Counted from the first letter of the stretch, positions 28,586 through 39,441 are shown. The stretch is 64,000 nt of DNA from Candidatus Hydrogenedentota bacterium (GCA_045863335.1 BTVY01000012.1:1-64000), one strand, 5' to 3'. Program-made: numbers and translations. The notes: generated by a model from the letters alone, not told the origin.

Positions 28586-29764
28586 TCAGGCGAAAAATCC
28601 TTTGCGAACGTGGACGCTCAGTATGGTGCCCACGCACATCATCGTCGTGAGGTAGAACGATCCGCCGTAACTCAGGAACGGCAGAGGCAACCCCGTAACC
28701 GGAAGCAGGTTGAGCGTGATCGCGACGTTCACCAGAATGTGAAACGCGATGACGCTGACACTCCCCACGACGAGCAGGCTGCCGGCGAGGTCGGGGCAAT
28801 CGCGCGCGAGCGCCAATCCCCGCAACAGAAACAGGCCGTACAACCCTATCAATATCGCTCCGCCGATGAACCCCATTTCCTCGGCGTACAACGCAAAAAT
28901 AAAGTCGGTGTGATACACCGGCAGAAACCGCATATGGGTCTGAGTGCCCTTGCCGAACCCTTTACCCCACATCTGGCCGCTGCCCACTGCGATCTTCGTC
29001 TGCTCGATCTGATACCCGGAATTACTCGCGTACTCGGGATCCGCCTCGGGATTGAAGAACGAGATAACGCGAATCTTCTGGTGGTCCTTTAACGGCAGAT
29101 TGTCCAAATTGAAATACAGCACGGGTGCGGAAATCAAACCTGCGGCGATCACGGCGAAGAGGTGGAGTTTGCGGCATCCGCCGGCGAACAGCATGACAAA
29201 AACGATGGGAGCCGCGACGAGTGCCGTCCCCAAGTCGCCTTGCACGAGAATGAGCACGAGAAGAATCCCGGCGATACCAAAGGCCAGCAGAAAGAACACG
29301 AGCCGGTGTATTCTTCCCTGAACGCGCGACAGGTACCAGGATAGCGTGTAAATCAGCGCGATTTTACTTAATTCGGAGGGTTGGATGCCCCACTCGCCGA
29401 TGCGCAACCAGTGCTGCCCGCCCATGGCGGTCTTGCCGATGATCGGCACAGCAATTAAGAGGAGAACGGACACGCAGTACATGACCGGCGCGAACGAGAT
29501 GAGGGCCCGATAGTCTACGCAGGCGATGGACAGCGCGACCATCACTCCCAAAAGAAAGAACGCGCTCTGCTTGAAGTAGAATTTCTTGTAGAACGGGAAA
29601 TCCCCCGACGCGCTTTGGCTGGCACTGTACAAGGTGAACAACCCCAGAATCGCGAGGGCAAGGGTGAGGATTACCAGCGTCCAGTCGAGCCGGCGCAGGT
29701 TCCGGTAATTGAACGTGTGGATGTGCGCTTCGAGCAGGTTGAGGTCGCGCTCGAGATTGCTCAT
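28586..29764 (-). CDS. rodA: Rod shape-determining protein RodA (SEDS)
   Basis: QPSELSK, DLGTA, HTDFIF, EEMGF, LPFLSYGGS; position in the mre operon. Confidence 0.95.
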   Translation of the reverse strand: MSNLERDLNLLEAHIHTFNYRNLRRLDWTLVILTLALAILGLFTLYSASQSASGDFPFYKKFYFKQSAFFLLGVMVALSIACVDYRALISFAPVMYCVSVLLLIAVPIIGKTAMGGQHWLRIGEWGIQPSELSKIALIYTLSWYLSRVQGRIHRLVFFLLAFGIAGILLVLILVQGDLGTALVAAPIVFVMLFAGGCRKLHLFAVIAAGLISAPVLYFNLDNLPLKDHQKIRVISFFNPEADPEYASNSGYQIEQTKIAVGSGQMWGKGFGKGTQTHMRFLPVYHTDFIFALYAEEMGFIGGAILIGLYGLFLLRGLALARDCPDLAGSLLVVGSVSVIAFHILVNVAITLNLLPVTGLPLPFLSYGGSFYLTTMMCVGTILSVHVRKGFFA

Positions 29765-31734
29765 TCGACCGACTCCCGCCGCGCAATTGACAGCGGCCGC
29801 TGCGTTTGCGCGTAAAGAGGGCCGGGGCCGCGGTTCTGGTAGAAGTACTCGAAGAGTTCTCTGGCCACGGGCGCGGCCGCGGAGCTTCCGTGCAATCCGT
29901 GTTCGATGATGATGCTGACGGCAAGGCGCGGCAATCGATCCGTTACGCCTGCGACGAACAGCGCGTGGTCGCGGAGTTCGTAAGGGATGTCGTCCTCGTT
30001 GTCATAATGCTTGACGTGGTGTAAGCCCGCCACCTGGGCGGTGCCTGTCTTGCCGAGCACATCAAGGCCCTCGATCTTGGCTTCCTTTCCGGTGCCCGTC
30101 GGGGCCGGCCGGTCGCGCTCGACGCACTTTCGCATCCCGGCCTGAACGATGCGCAGCGTCTCTTCACTGATAAAAGGCTCGGTCACGCGGGGCCCGAGAT
30201 CCAGGTTCAGGTGCGGGGTCACGCGACGGCCGCCGTTGAGTACGGCCGCCATCAAGACCGCGCTCTGGAGCGGGGTCGTTGCTACGGCGCCCTGGCCGAT
30301 GGACATGTTGACGGTCTCGCCAGGGTACCACTTGAGATCCCAGCTCTCCGTCTTGCCCGCGGCGAGTTGCTGTTGCTTTTTCCACTCGGGATCGGGAATC
30401 AACCCGGTGACTTCCTGAGGGAGGTCGATGCCCGTTCTTACGCCGAGTCCAAGACGCGAAGACCACTCCTTGATCTTTTCCGGACCGAGGTCGCGTCCCA
30501 CGTTGTAGAAGAAGACGTCGCAGGAATACGCCAACGCGTCGACCACGTTGACGCCGCCGTGACCGCCGTACTTCAAGCGCCAGCAACGCCAGGGCCGTTT
30601 GACGCCGGGCAAGTGAAAGAGCCCGCTGCAGCCGTAGGTCGTGTTCTCCGTAATGACGCCCTCTTCCAGCGCGGCAATGGCCAGAAGGACCTTGAACACG
30701 GAACCGGGCGGGTACTGGAACTGATAGGCGCGACTCACCGTCGGCTTGGTTTCCTTGTCCAGTGCCGCCTGAACGAGCCGGACTCGATTGGGACTGTTTG
30801 TGACAAAGACACTCGGGTCGTATCCCGGAGAACTGGCCATGGTGAGGATTTCGCCCGTGTCCGCGTCGAGGATGACGATGGCACCGACGACGCCTTTGAG
30901 GAGTTGCTCCGACTTCTGCTGTAGTCCGACGTCGAGGGTGGTGTAGATGGACCCCCCCGCGACGGGTTCGATTCGTTTCTCGACCTCCAGCGAGCGGCCC
31001 TTGCTGTCCATCTCCACGTAGGGAATGCCGCGCGCATCGGTCTTAAGCTGGGGGACGCTGCCGTTATACCGGCTGACGATCATGGCGCCGTCGTCGCCTT
31101 TGAGCACTTCCTCGTACATCATCTCGAGCCCGGACCGGCCGATCATGTCGCCCATATGGTAACGGGGGCGAAGCGCGAGCCATTCATCGCGATCGATTTC
31201 GTTCATCCAGCCGATGATCTGTCCCGCGGTTTCGTTGTAGTAATAGCGGCGTTGCGGCCTGGCCACGGTGTATACGCCTTGCAACGCGAAGGACATTTCC
31301 TCGACGCGCTTCAGTTCGGTCCGGGTGATGTCGCGTTTGACGATGATCTGCTCGTAGGGGGTGTTGTGTCGCTCGGCGGTGGCAATATCCTGGCGGAGTT
31401 TTTCCGGGTCAATGGCGATGAGTTCATCCAATTGGTCCACGACCCGATCCGCGTCACGGCAAAGAGCGGGCGTCAGTACAAGGTCGTTTGCCGCGCGGTT
31501 GTCGGCCAGGACAATCGACTCATCCCGCCCGTAGATGACGCCCCGCGGCGACTGGAGACGCTCGTTCATCAACCGCTGCTGCTCGGCGACATCCGCATAC
31601 TTCGCCCCCTGAACGACCTGGAAATGCCAGAGACGGGCGGTCAAGATGCCCAAGGCAACCAGAAGACCGAAGGCCAGAAAGCGCATTCGCGAATCGAATC
31701 CGTCGTACCGCTTTTTCTGGGTCGTTGACGACAT
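29761..31734 (-). CDS. mrdA: Penicillin-binding protein 2
   Basis: PGSVFK (SxxK), SCD (SxN equivalent), KTG; start refined to MSSTTQ with TGATG overlap. Confidence 0.95.
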   Translation of the reverse strand: MSSTTQKKRYDGFDSRMRFLAFGLLVALGILTARLWHFQVVQGAKYADVAEQQRLMNERLQSPRGVIYGRDESIVLADNRAANDLVLTPALCRDADRVVDQLDELIAIDPEKLRQDIATAERHNTPYEQIIVKRDITRTELKRVEEMSFALQGVYTVARPQRRYYYNETAGQIIGWMNEIDRDEWLALRPRYHMGDMIGRSGLEMMYEEVLKGDDGAMIVSRYNGSVPQLKTDARGIPYVEMDSKGRSLEVEKRIEPVAGGSIYTTLDVGLQQKSEQLLKGVVGAIVILDADTGEILTMASSPGYDPSVFVTNSPNRVRLVQAALDKETKPTVSRAYQFQYPPGSVFKVLLAIAALEEGVITENTTYGCSGLFHLPGVKRPWRCWRLKYGGHGGVNVVDALAYSCDVFFYNVGRDLGPEKIKEWSSRLGLGVRTGIDLPQEVTGLIPDPEWKKQQQLAAGKTESWDLKWYPGETVNMSIGQGAVATTPLQSAVLMAAVLNGGRRVTPHLNLDLGPRVTEPFISEETLRIVQAGMRKCVERDRPAPTGTGKEAKIEGLDVLGKTGTAQVAGLHHVKHYDNEDDIPYELRDHALFVAGVTDRLPRLAVSIIIEHGLHGSSAAAPVARELFEYFYQNRGPGPLYAQTQRPLSIARRESVE

Positions 31735-32258
31735 CAGGTGGCGCCTCCGTTCAGGGCGAAGCTCCGGTGGCCGAACGAGCGATCCAATAGAAAGAATAAC
31801 ACGGGCGTAAACAAGGCCGTATAGAACGCCCCCGGCACGACACGCGCGACGATATTGTACATGGCCGGGAGGTCCGGGTCTTGCACATACTGAATGAGAA
31901 TCTGGAGCAGCCCGCAGACCACACTGGCGCAAAACACGAGCCCGGCCTTCACGGCGGGGTGCTCCGTTACGAGACGCGTGGATATCCGCCCGGACGCAAA
32001 CCCGACGATGACCAGACACAGCACATGATGGCCGAGCACGGTGGCGCGGGCGACGTCTTGAAAGACTCCGCCCAGTACGCCGGTAAACATGGCGCGCTCT
32101 TCGCCTTCCGCGATGGCGAAATAGATGACCATCAACAGCGTAAGATTGGGCGTGACGTCCATGACGCTGATGGCTTTAAGCCAGGTGGTTTCGATCAGGG
32201 CCGCGGCGGTCACGGCCACTGCCCAAAAGAGGTTTCGCCGTATCAACCCGTGACTCAT
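31734..32258 (-). CDS. mreD: Rod shape-determining protein MreD
   Basis: Small polytopic membrane protein (PNLTLL, GGVFQD) between mreC and mrdA. Confidence 0.88.
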   Translation of the reverse strand: MSHGLIRRNLFWAVAVTAAALIETTWLKAISVMDVTPNLTLLMVIYFAIAEGEERAMFTGVLGGVFQDVARATVLGHHVLCLVIVGFASGRISTRLVTEHPAVKAGLVFCASVVCGLLQILIQYVQDPDLPAMYNIVARVVPGAFYTALFTPVLFFLLDRSFGHRSFALNGGAT

Positions 32259-33277
32259 GGCGCGTACCGTTCCTGCACCGACCGGGTGTCCGGCATGGCG
32301 AAAGGTTCCGATTTGGAATTGGAGGCGGTTTTCTTGCGCGCATCTTCATCTTCCGGCGCGGGGATCTCCACGCCCGCATTCGCGCCGGGCGGGGTAGCGC
32401 CCGTCAGCTCGGCGAGTGTCGGCTGCGCGCGGCGGACCAGGAAGAGTTCGTCCACGCTATAGGGATCGGCATAGGGCTCGATGAAGGCGACCTGGAACAG
32501 CGACCCGCCTTTCTCGACCTCGATGATCTTTCCGATTGGGTATTCGCTGGGGAAGATGCCGCTGCCGCTGGTGATGACTTCATCTCCGGGGCGCACGATG
32601 TGTTGGGTGTCGATATATTCCATTTTGCAGATATGACTGTAGTCGCTGCCGCTGCCGTGAACGGTGGCGCGCACCCGTTTGTCGCGCGAAACCATGGCGC
32701 CGATCTTGCAATAGTCGCTGTGCAGGGTGGCCACGTAGGCAAGTGTAGGCTCCACCTTGATGACAATGCCTACGACGCCGTCCTTCGTCATAGCGCACAT
32801 GGCCTCTTCGACGCCGTGAATGCTGCCCCGATTGATTACGAGCACGCCGGCGGTATTGGAAATGATCCCCGCGGCGAGGGGACTGTCGGAAACGGGCAAG
32901 ACGGAGGCGGGCAATACGCCCAGGCGGTGTTGATCTTTCTCGAATTCCAGCATTTCCCTGAGGCGCTGGTTTTCGGCTTCCAGGGCGTCGCGGTCGGCAA
33001 TTCGCGGTACCAGCGAGGTGATTTCGTGGCGCAGGTTCTCGGCTTCCACGCGGGACGCGTTGTAGGCAACAACGAAGGAAGTGACGTATTCAACGCGATG
33101 CTGCACGGCGGACATGGCTTGCCAGAATGGAAACGCGACGACGGAAACGGCCTTGCTTACCGAGTTGGAAAGTACGTTCCCCTTGGTGCCGGACGCCAGC
33201 GACATGAGTGACAGCACGACCAGCACCACCAGGATTATCGTAGGCCGGTTTTCGCTTATGCGGCGTGAGAGCATCAC
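32255..33277 (-). CDS. mreC: Rod shape-determining protein MreC
   Basis: TM, coiled coil (ENQRLREML), INRGSIHGV, TSGSGIFP; start 33277 or 33274. Confidence 0.92.
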   Translation of the reverse strand: MMLSRRISENRPTIILVVLVVLSLMSLASGTKGNVLSNSVSKAVSVVAFPFWQAMSAVQHRVEYVTSFVVAYNASRVEAENLRHEITSLVPRIADRDALEAENQRLREMLEFEKDQHRLGVLPASVLPVSDSPLAAGIISNTAGVLVINRGSIHGVEEAMCAMTKDGVVGIVIKVEPTLAYVATLHSDYCKIGAMVSRDKRVRATVHGSGSDYSHICKMEYIDTQHIVRPGDEVITSGSGIFPSEYPIGKIIEVEKGGSLFQVAFIEPYADPYSVDELFLVRRAQPTLAELTGATPPGANAGVEIPAPEDEDARKKTASNSKSEPFAMPDTRSVQERYAP

Positions 33278-33280
33278 GGA

Positions 33281-34390
<1,110 letters not shown>

Positions 34391-34408
34391 TCACAACAAG
34401 CCGCGGCG

Positions 34409-34437
34409 ATTATAGCAGAAGCGATCCGGAAATCCAA
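34409..34437 (-). promoter_or_regulatory. Putative promoter of the mre operon
   Basis: Minus strand TTGGAT, 17 bp spacer, extended -10 TGCTATAAT. Confidence 0.6.
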
Positions 34438-34661
34438 TAAGAATCTAAAACATCCCAAACCATACCACATATTGGGGTTGCGGCGTTTGCTCAACCGATG
34501 ACGTTTTGCACTGAATCACCTCCCGTCGATGTCACTCCCCAAGCGATTGCCTCAAGGTGCGGCCGCTGTGGTAGTCTCAATACGTCTGGTTGCAGGAAGG
34601 TTGCGGACCGGTCCGGTCCGCCAATTGCACGTTTTCAAACACGACGCAAGGAGCCCCGTAA

Positions 34662-35462
34662 ATGCTGTCCCAAGAGCAAATAGACTTCTTCAATGAGAAC
34701 GGATTTCTGCGTATCCCCCAGGTCTTTTCGCCGGCAGAAATGGACGATTTGGAATCGGAATTGGATTACCTCATGGACCACTGGGCGAGCACGGAGATGG
34801 GATGGTCGGGTCCTTGGCGGAAGGTGTACATGGATGCCGATACGGAGAAGAAGTCGAAGCTGACGTCGCTGCACGACCTTCATTTCTACTCCGAAGCCTG
34901 GATGCGGGCGGTAACGAACCCGCGAATGGCAGACGCGTTGTCGGCACTGATCGGGCCGAATGTGGAATTGCATCACACGACGCTCCATGCGAAACCGCCG
35001 GAGAGCGGGCACCCCTTCCCCATGCATCAGGACAACGCATTCTACGAGCATACCGATGGCCGGTATGTGGATGCGCTGGTGCATCTCGACGACACGTTTC
35101 ACGAGAACGGCGAGATTCGGTTCCTGGCGGGGTCGCACAAGAGCGGGTATTTACCGCACATCACGCAAACGCCGGACGGGGAGTCGTGTACGCCGCACTT
35201 GAACACGGACGAGTACAGGTTGGAGCAGACGGTTCCGGTGCCGGCGAAGCGGGGCGACGTGGTGGTGTTCAACATCTTCACGGTGCACGGCAGTTACATC
35301 AACACGACGAACAAAGTCCGCCGGATGGTGCGATGCGGCTATCGCGATCCAGAGAATAAACAAATCTCTGGGCAGAGCATGGGGCGTCCGAACATCATGG
35401 TCAAGGGCAGGCGCGCGCGCACGACGGAAACCGAGCCGCTGACGAATGAGGCGGTGGTGTAA
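34662..35462 (+). CDS. Phytanoyl-CoA dioxygenase (PhyH) family Fe(II)/2OG enzyme
   Basis: FFNENGFL, HQD facial-triad motif, ENGEIRFLAGSH, distal HGS and Arg. Confidence 0.88.
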   Translation: MLSQEQIDFFNENGFLRIPQVFSPAEMDDLESELDYLMDHWASTEMGWSGPWRKVYMDADTEKKSKLTSLHDLHFYSEAWMRAVTNPRMADALSALIGPNVELHHTTLHAKPPESGHPFPMHQDNAFYEHTDGRYVDALVHLDDTFHENGEIRFLAGSHKSGYLPHITQTPDGESCTPHLNTDEYRLEQTVPVPAKRGDVVVFNIFTVHGSYINTTNKVRRMVRCGYRDPENKQISGQSMGRPNIMVKGRRARTTETEPLTNEAVV

Positions 35463-35553
35463 AGGCGTTTTACACCTCGCTGCATTGCGCATTTCACGGA
35501 TGCAGGCGTATAGTTGGCGTGGATATGGGTCGATTCCTCGGGGGAGTTCTGCC

Positions 35554-35877
35554 ATGGCCTTAATCGCTTGCCAGGAATGCGGCAAATCCGTAAGTGATCG
35601 CGCATTGAGTTGTCCGCATTGCGGATTCCCGCTCAAAGAAGATCCGGTGTTGAATTACGCCGAACGGCGCGTCCGCGTGGGATACTGGTTGGGGTGGATC
35701 TGGCTCGGGTTCGGGGTTATCTTCGCGCTAGGGTCCATCGTAAACTCCGATTTCATAGGGCTCGCGGCGGGATGTATAGTTATAGGCGCCTTGATTCTCG
35801 CGGCCAGTCTTATGCGCGAATACATGGTCCGCAAGAGTAAGGTAGGGCCGAACGGAACCGGACAGAGGTACCGCTAA
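35554..35877 (+). CDS. Zinc-ribbon membrane protein
   Basis: MALIACQECGKSVSDRALSCPHCGFP followed by two TM helices; GGGGAG RBS. Confidence 0.82.
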   Translation: MALIACQECGKSVSDRALSCPHCGFPLKEDPVLNYAERRVRVGYWLGWIWLGFGVIFALGSIVNSDFIGLAAGCIVIGALILAASLMREYMVRKSKVGPNGTGQRYR

Positions 35878-35884
35878 CGCCGGC

Positions 35885-37474
35885 CTATTCCTGCACTCTC
35901 GAATGCGCGAGCGCTTCCAACTCTGGTGACAACTTCCCGCCCAAGTCGGCCGCGCGTTTCGCGGCTGCCGAGGCCGCTTCGATATCGCCTTTTCCGAGAT
36001 GCAGCTCCGCAAGGGCTTCGTAGGGTTCCGAGTCGTCGGACAACAGAAGTGCCGCACGCTGATACGATTCGATGGCGCGATCAATGTCACCCGCGTCGCG
36101 GAGGATTGCGCCGAAGTCGAGCCACACGGCCGGATTGGCGCGGTCGATTTGAGCGGCCCGGGATATCGCCGCGAAGGCTTGTTGGCGATTGCCCTGGGCG
36201 TTGAAGACGCGCGCCAGGCCGGCGTAGGCCAAGGCGCTGTCCGGCTGCAAACGAATCGCCCATTCGAAGGACTGCCGCGCGGCATCGAAGTTTTCCATCT
36301 TCTCGTAGACAATGCCCATGTTGATGTAGGCGTCGACGTATTGCGGGTTCAATTGGAGGGCCTTTTGATACGCGGCGAGGGCGCCTTCCAGATCGCCGGA
36401 ATCTTCGAGGGGGAACGCGAGACGCGCGTAGCCGTCGGGATCGTTGGGGACTAACTCGGTGTACTTGCGGTAGAGCGTGATGGATTCGTTGAACCGGTCC
36501 ATCTCATAGAGAATCTGCGCGAGGTTATAGACCGTCTTGGCGTCGTCGGGGCAGAGGTCCAATGCGTTGCGGTACGCCTTCGCCGCGGCGTCGCGATCGC
36601 CGGTCGCGTAGCGCGCGCTGCCCAAACCGCCGAGGGCTTCGCGGTACGTGGGGTCGGCTTTCACCGCCTTCTCGAAGTTGGCGTTGGCGGCTTCGAGGTT
36701 TCCCGCGTTCAGGTCCAGGAAGCCGAGTCCGCTTAGGGCTTCGGCACTCCGCGGGTCGAACTCCAGCGCCATGGAATAGTAGCTGCGGGCGAGGTCCAGA
36801 TTTCCGCGATGCTGGATGGCGAGAGCGGTCTGGGTGAGCACCACGGCGACGGTCTGCTTCTTGTCCAGGGCGCGGTAGTCTTCGGGACGGACGCAGGGGA
36901 ACGGCAAATAGGTTGCGAGGTAGTCCTTGCTTCCGTGAACTTCGCCCTTGTCGGTGGTCTCTATGTACAGCGGCGGCGAGCTGTCGTGTTCGACAAAGAC
37001 GTGCCCGCGTCCGGCGACCATGCGCAAAGAAATGCCGAGCCGTTCGCCGAGGGTGACGTAGAGAACAGTCAAACCGAAGCAGTTCCACTGCTGTTGATCG
37101 AGGACTTCGTTGAATCCCACAAAGACATCCGGAGCAACCACCTCGCTACGACCGAATCCCCAATCGAGATAGATCACGGCGGCCATCATGCGCAACCGGG
37201 ATTTGGGATCGGTGCGGGATGCGAGGCGCGCTTCTAATTCGTTGGCGAGGCCGTCGAGTTTGCTTTCGTAGCGATCGACGCGGACGGCGGGGTTGACGCC
37301 TTTGGCGATAATCAGGGCGGCTTCGGCGAGATCGATTTCGGCTTCGGGAAGTCTGGCCAACTCGGATAATTCGGCGAAGGTTGGCGGCGCAGAACCGCTG
37401 GGCGCTTGGGCAAGAAGCGGCGCTGAGAGCGACAGGAGAATCGTTGCGTATCGGAGGAGCGGGGGAATTCTCAC
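35885..37474 (-). CDS. Secreted SirB1/transglutaminase-like domain plus TPR protein
   Basis: Signal peptide; DLAEAALIIA, NCFGL...GHVFV...YIETT; about 9 TPRs. Confidence 0.78.
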   Translation of the reverse strand: MRIPPLLRYATILLSLSAPLLAQAPSGSAPPTFAELSELARLPEAEIDLAEAALIIAKGVNPAVRVDRYESKLDGLANELEARLASRTDPKSRLRMMAAVIYLDWGFGRSEVVAPDVFVGFNEVLDQQQWNCFGLTVLYVTLGERLGISLRMVAGRGHVFVEHDSSPPLYIETTDKGEVHGSKDYLATYLPFPCVRPEDYRALDKKQTVAVVLTQTALAIQHRGNLDLARSYYSMALEFDPRSAEALSGLGFLDLNAGNLEAANANFEKAVKADPTYREALGGLGSARYATGDRDAAAKAYRNALDLCPDDAKTVYNLAQILYEMDRFNESITLYRKYTELVPNDPDGYARLAFPLEDSGDLEGALAAYQKALQLNPQYVDAYINMGIVYEKMENFDAARQSFEWAIRLQPDSALAYAGLARVFNAQGNRQQAFAAISRAAQIDRANPAVWLDFGAILRDAGDIDRAIESYQRAALLLSDDSEPYEALAELHLGKGDIEAASAAAKRAADLGGKLSPELEALAHSRVQE

Positions 37475-37490
37475 TTGATGTCCCTCTTGT

Positions 37491-37530
37491 CTACACGGAC
37501 CTACACGGACAGGCACGGACACACGCGGAC
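37491..37530. repeat. Four degenerate 10-bp tandem units (CTACACGGAC, CTACACGGAC, AGGCACGGAC, ACACGCGGAC)
   Basis: Visible 10-nt period with conserved CGGAC. Confidence 0.8.
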
Positions 37531-37574
37531 GCGAGGCTGCGTTTGTTTTGGCAAGGCCGATCGCGCTATGCTTC

Positions 37575-37700
37575 CGTCGGTGCCGGGAGGCGCCTTATCC
37601 GCGAAAGATGGTATCACTCCCAAGACGTTCAAACGAATTCGTGAGAGAATTTCCTTTGTGGACAGTGCGGATCGCGTCCACGATACAGACAAAGGAATCG
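37575..37700 (+). ncRNA. Candidate structured cis-regulatory RNA leader
   Basis: Stems GGGAG/CTCCC, AATTC/GAATT and GTGGAC/GTCCAC; complementary segments ATCCGC (37597-37602) and GCGGAT (37667-37672); -10 TATGCT at 37567; AAAGGA RBS. Confidence 0.55.
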
Positions 37701-37705
37701 ATCTC

Positions 37706-38245
37706 ATGGCCCGTCCTATCCCATCCCTCGAAGAATGCAAACGCGACGCATCTCTGCTGCTCAAAGACCTGAAGTCGGAGCGAGCCGACGTGGCGAAGAA
37801 TGCCGCCGAACGTTTCCGGAGGATCGCTCCGTTCCGCGAGCAGACCGAAGACGAAATTCTCGCGAATTGCGATGCGATTCAGCGCAAACATGCCCTTGCC
37901 GTCGTCGCCCGCGAGCACGGTTACGCGGCGTGGAAGAACTTGAAGGACGCCGCCGATGTGCTGTGGTGTCCGCCGGGTTCGAGCGCGTTCTGGCACAACT
38001 GGTGCAAGTCGCACGAGGAAGCGCGGTCTTACCTCGAAGCGAACGGCGGGTATTTGCTCACGGCCCACGGCAAGTGGTTCATTGCGGAACGCGGATACAT
38101 CGAGCATCTCGGGCTGGACCCCGAGGATCCACGCTGGGAAGCGATCGGGTTCGACATGCATGAACCGAAAGATGCCGCAGCGCGCGACGGACTGATCGCC
38201 GATCGCAAGGCCGCGCGCGATCGCGCAGCCAATACATCGCGGTAG
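37706..38245 (+). CDS. Conserved hypothetical protein with N-terminal helical HALxxxAREHGYxxW domain
   Basis: AAAGGA RBS; MARPIPSLEECKR...HALAVVAREHGYAAWKNLK; C-terminal GGYLL...LGLDPEDPRW. Confidence 0.75.
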   Translation: MARPIPSLEECKRDASLLLKDLKSERADVAKNAAERFRRIAPFREQTEDEILANCDAIQRKHALAVVAREHGYAAWKNLKDAADVLWCPPGSSAFWHNWCKSHEEARSYLEANGGYLLTAHGKWFIAERGYIEHLGLDPEDPRWEAIGFDMHEPKDAAARDGLIADRKAARDRAANTSR

Positions 38246-38257
38246 ACGACCCGACAT

Positions 38258-38329
38258 GTAGCGCAGGCGTCCCCGCCTGCAATTCTTGGAAGTTAATGGG
38301 AAGAATGCAGGCGAGGACGCCTGCGCTAC
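38258..38329. repeat. Inverted pair of GTAG-type REP elements (REPIN-like)
   Basis: GTAGCGCAGGCGTCCCCGCCTGC ... GCAGGCGAGGACGCCTGCGCTAC, each with an internal GCAGGCG/CGCCTGC palindrome; between convergent genes. Confidence 0.85.
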
Positions 38330-38367
38330 GTTATGCGGTTTGGAAACTGCCAAATCGTCCGGCGATA

Positions 38368-39441
38368 CTAGCCTGACGTCCAGACCTCCTGTAAGAACCG
38401 TATCACATTCCCATGAAAGATGGCCTCGATATCTTCTGCGCCGTATCCGCGTGCGGTGAGCAAATCCTGGTACTTGGCCAGGTCGGCGATGGTGTTGAGG
38501 TCGGCGGGGCATTGTTCGCGGCCGAAGCCGCCGTCGAGGTCGGAGCCGATACAAACGTGGTTGGCGTTGCCGGCGAGTTGGCAGATGTGGTCGATATGAT
38601 CGACGACGTGCTCCATTCTGAGCCCGGCTTCTTCGGGCAGGGTCTTGTGCTTAATCCAGCCGGGGATCACCATCCATGCGTCGAGGACCGCGCCGATGAC
38701 CGCGCCGCGCTCGATGAGCAGGCGGATCTGGTCGTCGGAGAATTGGCGTTCGCCGGGGACGACGGTGCGGCAGTTGGAATGGCTGGCCCAGACTGGGCCG
38801 TGGAAATGGTCCATGGCTTCCCAGAAACTGTCGTCGCAGAGATGAGTGGCGTCCAGGATCACATTCAGGCGCGCCATTTCGTCGAGGAGTTCCCGTCCGC
38901 GCGGGCCGAGTCCGCCGGTGGCTTCGGTGCCTTGGGCGTAGGTGCCGGGTCCGTAGTGGGCGGGTCCGACGGCGCGGACGCCTTGGGTATAGAAGCCTTC
39001 GAGATGGGCGGGCGTGATGATGGCGTCGGCGCATTCCATGCTCAAGACGTAGCCGATGGGGGCGTTCGCCGACGGATCGCCTTTCCATAACGCCGCATGA
39101 CGCTCCAGTCCGGCTACGTCGACAATGGCGGTCATCTCCCCCGCTTCTTCCATGGCGCGGTACCATGCGAGCTGCCATTGCGTCATGGCCCAGGCCTGTT
39201 CCGGACTGTTCGAGCCGGGCAGCGGGTTGCCGGGTTTCACGTAGCGCGCGATGAGCGTGGCCACGCAAAGCCCCACGCCGCCGCGGCGCATCTCCGGCAG
39301 GCACACGACGCCATTGCCGCGGTCCGGATAGTCCGTGAGATCGCGTTCGCGTTCGCGGATCTCTTCGATAGACCGGGTGAGATCGCGGTTCCAAAGCGTC
39401 GCGTTCATGGCGAGATCGAGATGGATGTCGAAGAGGAGCAT
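38368..39441 (-). CDS. Membrane dipeptidase (peptidase M19, amidohydrolase fold)
   Basis: DIHLD, SME, DATH, WASHSN, IGSDLDGG. Confidence 0.9.
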   Translation of the reverse strand: MLLFDIHLDLAMNATLWNRDLTRSIEEIRERERDLTDYPDRGNGVVCLPEMRRGGVGLCVATLIARYVKPGNPLPGSNSPEQAWAMTQWQLAWYRAMEEAGEMTAIVDVAGLERHAALWKGDPSANAPIGYVLSMECADAIITPAHLEGFYTQGVRAVGPAHYGPGTYAQGTEATGGLGPRGRELLDEMARLNVILDATHLCDDSFWEAMDHFHGPVWASHSNCRTVVPGERQFSDDQIRLLIERGAVIGAVLDAWMVIPGWIKHKTLPEEAGLRMEHVVDHIDHICQLAGNANHVCIGSDLDGGFGREQCPADLNTIADLAKYQDLLTARGYGAEDIEAIFHGNVIRFLQEVWTSG

